Below, in pieces: positions 56,455 to 64,000 of a stretch of 64,000 nucleotides of DNA. The position numbers and the translations under genes were made by a program. A model generated the notes under the pieces. The model saw only the letters and a list, made by a program, of their open reading frames with translations. It did no database searches and was not told where the DNA came from. Each line of letters starts with the position of its first letter. Within the stretch, counting starts at the first letter, position 1. The stretch comes from an uncultured Lachnospiraceae bacterium (GTDB lineage: Bacteria; Bacillota; Clostridia; Lachnospirales; Lachnospiraceae), in contig CABUBX010000001.1 of assembly GCA_902489925.1 (NCBI GenBank), positions 22,364 to 86,363 on the forward strand. The letters are read 5' to 3'.

Positions 56455-56522
56455 ATTGTTACCACCCTTTACATTGACTGATTGTGTATTCTAATTGTAT
56501 ACTAAATAAAGAGAAACTTCAA

Positions 56523-57860
56523 ATGAAAAGTAAAATGAGGTACAAAGATATGGGAGATAAGAAAGCCATTGAAAAGGCCTATGAAGAAATATTAAAGCAT
56601 GAGCTTGTTCCGGCCATGGGGTGTACGGAACCGATTGCCATTGCATACTGTGCGGCAAAGGCGCGTGCCCTTCTCGGAGAGCTGCCGGACAGTGTTTTAA
56701 TTGAGGCAAGCGGTAATATTATTAAAAATGTGAAAAGCGTGATTGTGCCTAATACGGATGGCGCTAAGGGCATTGAGGCGGCAGCCGCTGTTGGCATTGC
56801 AGCCGGACGTGAGGATTTAGAGCTTGAAGTGCTTTCTCAGATTACAGATACACAAAAGGAATTTTTCAAACAGTATTTGGAGAAAACACCGATAAAGATA
56901 CAAAAATCAGAGAGTGGGCTGACACTGGACATTTGTGTGACCGTATACTCCGGTGTGCAGCAGGCAGCGGTAAGAATTGCCGGAAAGCACACTAATATTG
57001 TTTATATGTGTAAAAATGGCGAGGTACTGCTTGATTGTGTGGAAGAAACGGTGCGCGAGACATGTGCCGAGACGGCGAAAAATAATCGTGTGCTTTCAGA
57101 TGCCTATGCGCTTTTATCCATTCAGGATATTTATGATTATGCCGATACGGCGGATATCCGGGCGGTAGAGCCGGTGCTTCGCCGCCAGATAGAGTATAAT
57201 ACACGGATTGCAGACGAGGGACTTTTGGAAGATTACGGTGCGAATATCGGCAAAGTGCTTTTAAAAACATGCGGAGATGATGTGAGAAATCGGGCAAAGG
57301 CAAGAGCGGCAGCAGGTTCGGATGCCAGAATGAACGGGTGTGAGCTTCCTGTAGTTATTAATTCGGGCAGCGGTAATCAGGGCATGACAGTGTCTTTGCC
57401 GGTGATTGAATATGCAAAAGAAATCGGTGCGGATAAGGACAGACTTTACCGTGCACTGATTGTATCAAATCTGACAGCCATTCATCAAAAAAAGGGGATT
57501 GGATCACTGTCGGCTTACTGCGGTGCGGTCAGTGCCGGTGCAGCAGCCGGCGCCGGGATTGCTTATCTTAAAGGCGGTGACTTTAAAACAATTGCACATA
57601 CGATTGTCAATACGCTTGCAATTACATCGGGTATGATTTGCGATGGTGCAAAAGCCTCCTGTGCGGCAAAGATTGCCATGTCAGTGGAGGCGGGGATTTT
57701 AGGCTATGAGATGTACTTAAACGGCCAGCAGTTTTATGCCGGTGACGGACTTGTATCAAAGGGTGTTGAAAATACGATTAAAAATATTTGCGCACTTGGG
57801 CGCGATGGCATGAGAGAGACGGATAAAGAGATTATACATATTATGACGTGTGTAGATTAA
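56523..57860 (+). CDS. L-cysteine desulfidase family protein (UPF0597 / serine dehydratase alpha-like)
   Basis: PAMGCTEPIAIAY and NSGSGNQG motifs. The start is uncertain (ATG 56523, 56535 or 56550). Confidence 0.75.
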   Translation: MKSKMRYKDMGDKKAIEKAYEEILKHELVPAMGCTEPIAIAYCAAKARALLGELPDSVLIEASGNIIKNVKSVIVPNTDGAKGIEAAAAVGIAAGREDLELEVLSQITDTQKEFFKQYLEKTPIKIQKSESGLTLDICVTVYSGVQQAAVRIAGKHTNIVYMCKNGEVLLDCVEETVRETCAETAKNNRVLSDAYALLSIQDIYDYADTADIRAVEPVLRRQIEYNTRIADEGLLEDYGANIGKVLLKTCGDDVRNRAKARAAAGSDARMNGCELPVVINSGSGNQGMTVSLPVIEYAKEIGADKDRLYRALIVSNLTAIHQKKGIGSLSAYCGAVSAGAAAGAGIAYLKGGDFKTIAHTIVNTLAITSGMICDGAKASCAAKIAMSVEAGILGYEMYLNGQQFYAGDGLVSKGVENTIKNICALGRDGMRETDKEIIHIMTCVD

Positions 57861-57863
57861 ACA

Positions 57864-57892
57864 AGGGGCGACTAAAAGTCGTCCCTGTTTTT
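57864..57892 (+). terminator. terminator
   Basis: AGGGGCGACT-AAA-AGTCGTCCCT stem followed by GTTTTT. Confidence 0.75.
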
Positions 57893-57898
57893 AGATAT

Positions 57899-59506
57899 CT
57901 ATCTATCCCATTTTTCGCATAAAGCCATAAGCTCTTTTGTAAAAGCGCGCAAATCTTTATTGGCGCCGCCCTCGTTATGGGCAATAACCTTGTCGAGAAA
58001 TTCACCGGCATTAAGCAGCTCTCTGTAAACAGGATTCATGCTGCGTGCGCCGTCGGCAGTTGTTTTCTTCGGTATCTTAACCATATTGCCCAAAGAAAGA
58101 CATTTGCCGGTAATCAGGTCATAGACTGAGCCGTTATACGGCGCTGTGGCATTGAGTCCGAGTTCATTTCTAAGGCGTCCCGCGAAGATTTCGCAGACGC
58201 TGTCTTCTCCGTGGTTGACAAAAACTTGTTCCGGTTTGTTTTCAAAATGCTTAATCCATGTCATCAGACCGCTGTTGTCAGCATGGCCGCTGATGCCGTC
58301 AAGCTGGCATATCTCAGCCTGAATCTGAATTGTTTCTTCAAAAAGACGGACGGATTTTGCCCCTTCGACAATGGCTCGGCCAAGTGTGCCGTAGGCTTGA
58401 TAGCCGACAAATAAAATCGTGGATTCCGGCCGCCATAAATTGTGCTTTAAGTGATGGCGTATACGTCCGGCTTCACACATACCGCTGGCGGAAATAATGA
58501 CTTTCGGCACAGTATCCTCATTGATTGTTCTTGAATCGTCGCTCGTAATGGAAACTTTCAAGTCTTCAAAGTTAATAGGATTTACACCTCTGTCAAGAAG
58601 TGCCAGCGCTTCGCCGTCAAAATATTCCCGCATACTTTGAGTAAATATCATAGTTGATTCAACGGCAAGCGGGCTGTCAACATAGACCGGAAAATGGTCG
58701 TGGCCGTGAATCATATTCTTTTCTTTGATTTCCCTTAAAAAATAAAGCAATTCCTGTGTGCGCCCGACGGCGAAGGATGGGATGACAACATTGCCGCCGC
58801 GGTCAAAGGTTCGCTGGAGAATCGGGACAAGCTGGGAAATATAGTCGATACGCTTGTCGTGGCTTCTGTCACCGTAGGTTGATTCCATAATTACATAGTC
58901 TGCATTGTTAAAATAATGCGGGTCACGAATCAGAGGCTGGTCGGTATTGCCGATATCTCCGGAAAAAACAAGCGTCTTTGTAATTCCGTTTTCTGTGACA
59001 GTTACTTCAATGCTTGATGAACCGAGCAAATGTCCGGCATCAATAAAACGGATGGAAACCTCAGGAAAAATCTGATAGGTTTTGTCATAAATGCAAGGAA
59101 CAAAAAGCTCGGAGGCATGGATGGCATCATCTACCGTATAAAGAGGTACATAAATTTCACGTCCGGCACGGCGGTTTTTACGATTTCGCCACTGTGCTTC
59201 AAATTCTTGAATATGTGCCGAGTCCAGCAGCATAATATTACATAGACGGCAGGTTGCGCCGGTGGCATAGATTTGTCCGTTGAAGCCGTTAGCCGCCAAA
59301 AGCGGCAGACGTCCCGAGTGGTCAATGTGGGCGTGGGTTAAAAAGACACAGTCCACATCGGCGGGCGCCAGCGGAAACTCACAATTCTCATAAGTATCCG
59401 GCCCCTGTTCCATGCCGTAGTCAATCAGTATCCTGTGGCCCGCAACCGTTAAAAGCGAGCAGCTTCCCGTAACCTCGTGGGCAGCACCTAAAAACATCAG
59501 TTCCAT
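57899..59506 (-). CDS. MBL-fold metallo-hydrolase of the beta-CASP (RNA-metabolising) family
   Basis: HAHIDHSG motif, beta-CASP-like central region, and a C-terminal RNA-specificity-like domain. GGAGGG RBS precedes ATG 59506. Confidence 0.75.
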   Translation of the reverse strand: MELMFLGAAHEVTGSCSLLTVAGHRILIDYGMEQGPDTYENCEFPLAPADVDCVFLTHAHIDHSGRLPLLAANGFNGQIYATGATCRLCNIMLLDSAHIQEFEAQWRNRKNRRAGREIYVPLYTVDDAIHASELFVPCIYDKTYQIFPEVSIRFIDAGHLLGSSSIEVTVTENGITKTLVFSGDIGNTDQPLIRDPHYFNNADYVIMESTYGDRSHDKRIDYISQLVPILQRTFDRGGNVVIPSFAVGRTQELLYFLREIKEKNMIHGHDHFPVYVDSPLAVESTMIFTQSMREYFDGEALALLDRGVNPINFEDLKVSITSDDSRTINEDTVPKVIISASGMCEAGRIRHHLKHNLWRPESTILFVGYQAYGTLGRAIVEGAKSVRLFEETIQIQAEICQLDGISGHADNSGLMTWIKHFENKPEQVFVNHGEDSVCEIFAGRLRNELGLNATAPYNGSVYDLITGKCLSLGNMVKIPKKTTADGARSMNPVYRELLNAGEFLDKVIAHNEGGANKDLRAFTKELMALCEKWDR

Positions 59507-59546
59507 ATAAACCCTCCAATCTGCCGATGACGGCAAAAACCAACAG

Positions 59547-60509
59547 TTACAGGTGGCGTTCATTCTCCAGTGCCATCTTAACTATTTCTATGGCATCCAC
59601 GCAGGACTTATGCCAGCGGGCGGCCGAAAGTTCTCCTTGAATCATTTTATAGAAAGCCTCTGCCTCGTAAACCATGTTGTTGATGGCAGAAGCTTTATAA
59701 ACGGTTTCTGTATGTTTGTCATTGTAGGTGATAATCACCTCTGTCGGATGTGCGACTGTATCAATAGTCATATAGCCGGCTTCCCCCTCGATGCGGCTTG
59801 GCACAAAGGAATTTGTAATTTTTGAATAGCTTATTTCCGCAAGAAAATCATCATAGGCGGCGATGATTTCTCCGAGCCCGTCAACACCGTTGTTCAGATG
59901 AAAATTCATGCAGTCGCAAAGCTTTGGACGTCCGAATAAAAAGGCCAGCATATGAATTGGATAGATACCGATATCCAGCATAGAGCCGCCGCCCATGTCG
60001 GGATTAAAGACATTGGCAACAATGCCCTTTTTAAAATTGTCATAGCGTGATGAATACTGACAGAAGGAAAAGCTGACGCGCCGTATAGCGCCTAATTTGC
60101 ACAAAGCCTCCTGTATGGCTGTATACGCCGGGTCAAAAGCCGGGCGCATCGCCTCCAAAAGAATAACACCGTGCTGCTTTGCCGTCTCTAAAAGCGTATG
60201 GCATTGCTCGGCGCAGGTAACCATAGGCTTTTCGCAAATAACATGTTTTTTATGTGTCAGCATCAGCATCGCCTGTGGTTCATGAAGACTGTTTGGAGAT
60301 GCGATATAAACGGCATCCACAGAAGCATCGTCTGCCAGTTCATTCAAATCTGTATAAATTTTTTTAAAAGGCACTTTTTGGCAGAAGGTTTCGGCAGTTT
60401 CTTTTTTTCTTGAATATACCGCTTCAAATTCATAAAAGCCGGTCAAGGCGGCGGCTTCGGCGAATTTTTCTGCGATTGCACTTGTTCCGATAAAACCTAA
60501 TTTAATCAT
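59547..60509 (-). CDS. Gfo/Idh/MocA family oxidoreductase
   Basis: N-terminal Rossmann fold MIKLGFIGTSAIA and the EKP motif (VICEKPM). Confidence 0.8.
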   Translation of the reverse strand: MIKLGFIGTSAIAEKFAEAAALTGFYEFEAVYSRKKETAETFCQKVPFKKIYTDLNELADDASVDAVYIASPNSLHEPQAMLMLTHKKHVICEKPMVTCAEQCHTLLETAKQHGVILLEAMRPAFDPAYTAIQEALCKLGAIRRVSFSFCQYSSRYDNFKKGIVANVFNPDMGGGSMLDIGIYPIHMLAFLFGRPKLCDCMNFHLNNGVDGLGEIIAAYDDFLAEISYSKITNSFVPSRIEGEAGYMTIDTVAHPTEVIITYNDKHTETVYKASAINNMVYEAEAFYKMIQGELSAARWHKSCVDAIEIVKMALENERHL

Positions 60510-60737
60510 AAAAATCTCCCCTGAATATATTGTTGTTTTATGGCTTTATTATGACACTTTTAGATGTTAAGTACAAGATAAACAGGTAAATTGAACACAA
60601 AAAAAACACTGTTTTAACGAAATATTTTCACAATTGTATCCGTAAAAATTCACAGTTTTCTTCTAAAATAGCAGTAATTCAATAAGACCTGTTTTTTCAT
60701 GGGCTTAACAGAACATCATCTAAAGGAGGTAACACAA

Positions 60738-61775
60738 GTGATTGAAGTGAATCATCTTGTCAAACGCTACGGCAATCACACGGCAGTGGACGATTTGAGT
60801 TTTAAGGTGGCAAAAGGCCAGATTTACGGTTTTTTAGGGCCGAATGGCGCAGGAAAATCCACCACAATGAATATTATGACGGGTTATATCGGGGCGACTT
60901 CCGGTGAAGTCATCATCGACGGGCACAATATTAACGATGAACCGGAGGCAGCTAAAAAGTGTATCGGTTATCTGCCTGAAATTCCTCCGCTTTATATGGA
61001 TATGACTGTAGAGGAATATCTTAATTTTGCAGCAGAGTTAAAGAAAATTCCAAAGACATCACAAAAAGAGCAGATTCTTAAAGTCATACAACTTACAAAG
61101 CTTGAAGATATGCTGCCGCGTCTTATTAAAAACCTTTCAAAGGGCTACAGGCAAAGAGTGGGACTTGCACAGGCGATTTTAGGCTTTCCGCCGATTATTA
61201 TTTTGGATGAGCCGACTGTGGGGCTTGACCCGAAACAGATTATTGAGATAAGAGATTTGATTAGGGCGCTTTCCAAAGAGCATACGATTATTTTGAGCTC
61301 GCATATTTTACAGGAAGTCAGTGCAATCTGTGATTATATTATGATTATTTCCCACGGACGTCTTGTAGCCAGCGATACGCCGGAAAATCTTGAAAAAATG
61401 ATGAATCGGGATAATACGCTTGAGATGGAGGTTAAAGGAACGGTCGCAGAAATCAGGGATATTGTAAGCGGCGTATGTCCGCAGGCACAGCTTGGCAACA
61501 TATCTTCTGAGGAGGGTGTTGTCCGCTTTACCATTGACCATGACGGCAGTATGGATATTCGCGAGCAGCTTTTTTATGCTTTCGCCGGACGGCAGTGTCC
61601 TATTCTTACGATGATGCAGAAAGTTGTATCACTGGAAAAAATCTTCCTCGAATTGACGGACGCTCATGCAGAGGAGGTACATACCGACGAAACGGCGTAC
61701 CCGGAAAATTCTAAAGAAGATTGTGAAAATATTGATGACGGACAGGAGGATTCAGAGCATGAAGGCGATTTATAA
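60738..61775 (+). CDS. ABC transporter ATP-binding protein (ABC-2 type) with acidic C-terminal tail
   Basis: Walker A GPNGAGKST, signature LSKGYRQR, Walker B IILDEPT. AAGGAGG RBS precedes GTG 60738. Confidence 0.85.
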   Translation: MIEVNHLVKRYGNHTAVDDLSFKVAKGQIYGFLGPNGAGKSTTMNIMTGYIGATSGEVIIDGHNINDEPEAAKKCIGYLPEIPPLYMDMTVEEYLNFAAELKKIPKTSQKEQILKVIQLTKLEDMLPRLIKNLSKGYRQRVGLAQAILGFPPIIILDEPTVGLDPKQIIEIRDLIRALSKEHTIILSSHILQEVSAICDYIMIISHGRLVASDTPENLEKMMNRDNTLEMEVKGTVAEIRDIVSGVCPQAQLGNISSEEGVVRFTIDHDGSMDIREQLFYAFAGRQCPILTMMQKVVSLEKIFLELTDAHAEEVHTDETAYPENSKEDCENIDDGQEDSEHEGDL

Positions 61776-62625
61776 AAGGGAATTGAAATCTTATTTTAAT
61801 TCGATGACCGGCTATGTGTTTATTGCGTTTTTCACGGCATTTATGGGAATTTATTTTATGGCCTATAATCTGTACAGCGGCTATCCGTCATTTGCATATG
61901 CCTTAAATTCCACAATGACGATTCTTTTGATTGCAGTACCGATTTTAACGATGAGAAGTTTTGCTGAGGATAAGAAAACAAAGACAGACCAAATGCTTTT
62001 AACGGCGCCGGTTAGTGTGACGCAGATTGTTCTTGGCAAATATCTGGCGATGGTGACGGTTTTTCTTATTCCCATGCTGATTTCCTGCCTTTGCCCGTTG
62101 ATTATTAAGGCTAACGGCGAGGCGCGGCTTGTGACAGACTATGCCTCTATTTTGGCATTTTTCCTGTTGGGCTGTATTTTTATTGCTGTCGGAATGTTTA
62201 TTTCGGCGCTGACAGAAAGTCAGATTATCGCTGCAGTGGGAACTTTTGGCATACTTTTTGTGCTCTGTATGTGGAGTGATTTGATTAGCTTTCTTCCGTC
62301 CTCGGCGATGGGTACAGTGATTGGCCTTTTGATTTTTGTGACGGTTTTGGCGCTTATCGTATGGGGAATGACAAGAAACTGGCTTGCGGCAGGGATTTTA
62401 GAGGTTGTCGGTATTATTGCCGGTGTTTTAATTTATATTTTTGATTCATCTGTATTTCAGAATGGTCTTGGCGCCGTTCTTTCTAAAATAGATATAAGAA
62501 ATGCTTTTGATAATTTCGCATATAACAATATTTTCGATGTGACAGGACTGATTTTTTATCTGTCAATGAGCTTTATTTTTGTGTTTTTGACAGTACAGGT
62601 ACTGCTGAAAAGAAGATGGAGTTAG
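61759..62625 (+). CDS. ABC-2 family transporter permease
   Basis: MKAIYKRELKSYFNSMTGYVF N-terminus and about 6 TM segments. AGGAGGA RBS. Overlaps the ATPase gene by 17 nt. Confidence 0.8.
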   Translation: MKAIYKRELKSYFNSMTGYVFIAFFTAFMGIYFMAYNLYSGYPSFAYALNSTMTILLIAVPILTMRSFAEDKKTKTDQMLLTAPVSVTQIVLGKYLAMVTVFLIPMLISCLCPLIIKANGEARLVTDYASILAFFLLGCIFIAVGMFISALTESQIIAAVGTFGILFVLCMWSDLISFLPSSAMGTVIGLLIFVTVLALIVWGMTRNWLAAGILEVVGIIAGVLIYIFDSSVFQNGLGAVLSKIDIRNAFDNFAYNNIFDVTGLIFYLSMSFIFVFLTVQVLLKRRWS

Positions 62626-62637
62626 GAGGACAGATAG

Positions 62638-64000
62638 ATGGACAGAATTAAGAAATTATTTACAGATAAGCATTTTAAACATGGCAGCTACAGCATTGCC
62701 ATTTCTGCGGTTGTCATTGCGATTGTGATTGTTTTGAATATGATTTTAAACCAGCTGCCTGCAGGCATCAGGAATATAGATATGTCCGATACAAAAATTT
62801 ATGAAATCAGCGATACATCAAGGGATATTATCGAAAATCTGGATAAGGATGTGAAGATTCGTATTATTGCATCGGAAAGCGGCATAGATACGCGAATTAT
62901 GAGATTTATCGAAAAATATGCGGATATGTCAGAGCGCATTTCGGTAGAGACGATTGACCCTGTGCTGCATCCGTCAGCGCTTGAAAAGTATAATACTTCT
63001 GAAAACAGTGTTGTAGTCAGCTGTGAGGCTACGAGAAAATCGACTTCCTTTTCTCTGAGTGATGTTATTGTGTATGACCAGATGAGTTACTATTATTATG
63101 GACAGTATAAGGAGTCTGAATTTGACGGTGAAGGTCAGCTGACAAGCGCCATTGATTACGTGATTAATGATGTGACAAAGAAAGTATATACGACAGAAGG
63201 TCATGGGGAGAGTGCTTTGTCTTCAACAGTGACAGATTTGATTAAAAAACAAAATTTTGAAAATGCTTCTGTGAATTTACTTTCTGACGGCGGTATTCCA
63301 AAGGATTGTGACCTTTTAATCATCAATGCGCCGACAAGTGATTTGGCGGATGATGAAAAGGAAATGCTGACACAATATATGGGCGGCGGCGGTCATGTCA
63401 TGGTACTTCTCGGTATGACGGAAAAGGAATTGCCGAATTTACAGGATTTTATGAAGATTTACGGTATTGAAGTCGGTGAAGGCTATGCCGCAGATACAAA
63501 GCAGTGTTATCAAAACAATGTATTTGCAATTTTTCCGGAGGTGACAGCCGAAGGCAATTATACATCGGGAATTTCTTCTGATGCGATACCGCTTATTTTA
63601 AATTCAAAAGGAATAACGCTCACCGAGCCCCAAAAAGATACGATAACAAATGAAAGTCTTATGACAACATCTGATGGCGGCTTACTGGTGACAGAAGAAA
63701 ACCAGACGGAGGGCAGCTATGTGCTGGCGGCAGCGGCAGAGGATACGATTGATGATGAGACAACGGCAAAATTAATTGTATTTGGCGCGGCGTCAATGAT
63801 TGATGACGGTATCACTCAATCCTTTACAAATTTGAGTAATCTTCAGTTGTTTATGAATGCAGTGACTTCAAATTTTGATGATGTATCCAATATTACAATT
63901 GAGCCAAAGAGTTTATCCGTAACTTATAATACAATTCAGTCGCCGGGAATGTATGCGGCACTTTTTATCGGAATTATTCCGGTCGCGGTGCTTATTTATG
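62638..64000 (+). CDS. GldG-like ABC transporter auxiliary component (3' end beyond window)
   Basis: Not in the ORF track because there is no stop before the window edge. My own translation begins MDRIKKLFTDKHFKHGSYSIAISAVVIAIVIVLN. It has a large extracytoplasmic domain and a hydrophobic segment at the window edge. AGGAGGA RBS. Confidence 0.7.
   Translation, partial: MDRIKKLFTDKHFKHGSYSIAISAVVIAIVIVLNMILNQLPAGIRNIDMSDTKIYEISDTSRDIIENLDKDVKIRIIASESGIDTRIMRFIEKYADMSERISVETIDPVLHPSALEKYNTSENSVVVSCEATRKSTSFSLSDVIVYDQMSYYYYGQYKESEFDGEGQLTSAIDYVINDVTKKVYTTEGHGESALSSTVTDLIKKQNFENASVNLLSDGGIPKDCDLLIINAPTSDLADDEKEMLTQYMGGGGHVMVLLGMTEKELPNLQDFMKIYGIEVGEGYAADTKQCYQNNVFAIFPEVTAEGNYTSGISSDAIPLILNSKGITLTEPQKDTITNESLMTTSDGGLLVTEENQTEGSYVLAAAAEDTIDDETTAKLIVFGAASMIDDGITQSFTNLSNLQLFMNAVTSNFDDVSNITIEPKSLSVTYNTIQSPGMYAALFIGIIPVAVLIY

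Noticed and set aside
1-64000. CRISPR arrays, tRNA/rRNA genes, integrases, transposases, prophage, restriction-modification or toxin-antitoxin modules
   Set aside because: I read through every intergenic region longer than 60 nt and all ORF translations. I found no spaced direct-repeat arrays, no tRNA-like T-arm or acceptor patterns, and no recombinase, RM or TA-like proteins. The only mobile-element trace is the small Rpn-like remnant at 41324-41536.

Overview
This is a 64-kb chromosomal segment from a moderate-GC Firmicute. Gene content suggests Clostridia, possibly Lachnospiraceae, but that is an inference and was not verified. Coding density is high and most genes are on the + strand. Nearly all of it is core metabolism and transport. 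In order, it contains:

- A lysine-riboswitch-controlled dapA-dapB-dapH operon, with a divergent M20 deacetylase.
- asnS, followed by a YhaO/YhaN-like (SbcCD-like) nuclease/ATPase pair.
- An SNF-family transporter preceded by a DnaA-box cluster, and a 52-aa DUF1540 gene that the ORF track misses.
- An L,D-transpeptidase, an L-asparaginase and a YitT-family protein.
- An XRE-cupin regulator with a BMP-type ABC importer and an 8-oxoguanine-deaminase-like amidohydrolase.
- An AraC-controlled raffinose-type ABC transporter with a GH36 alpha-galactosidase.
- A short patch of decayed genes (DUF4956 fragment, sigma-like fragment) next to a PepSY lipoprotein, then ytvI.
- modABC.
- trxA, a Crp/Fnr regulator and trxB.
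- A proline T-box and proS.
- An amidohydrolase and cca.
- hsp20 with a CIRCE operator, then a TetR regulator and an oleate hydratase.
- plsC and malQ.
- A PuuR-like regulator with potABCD.
- A split IMP cyclohydrolase / AICAR formyltransferase pair.
- A YaaQ-type c-di-AMP receptor, an alpha/beta hydrolase, a cysteine desulfidase-family protein, a beta-CASP MBL hydrolase and a Gfo/Idh/MocA oxidoreductase.
- An ABC-2 transporter with a GldG-like auxiliary component that runs off the 3' edge.

I saw no rRNA, tRNA, CRISPR array, intact mobile element or recognisable defence island. I did not find a convincing novel multi-gene protein system.

The most unusual signals are regulatory or RNA-level:

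- An unassigned structured leader of about 180 nt between the L-box terminator and dapA, together with a 12-bp perfect long-range complement to the L-box P1 strand.
- A phased four-box DnaA cluster with no dnaA in the window.
- A CIRCE element shared by the hsp20 and tetR/ohyA promoters.
- Several candidate operators.

All functional calls rest on motif and family recognition by eye. No database searches were run.
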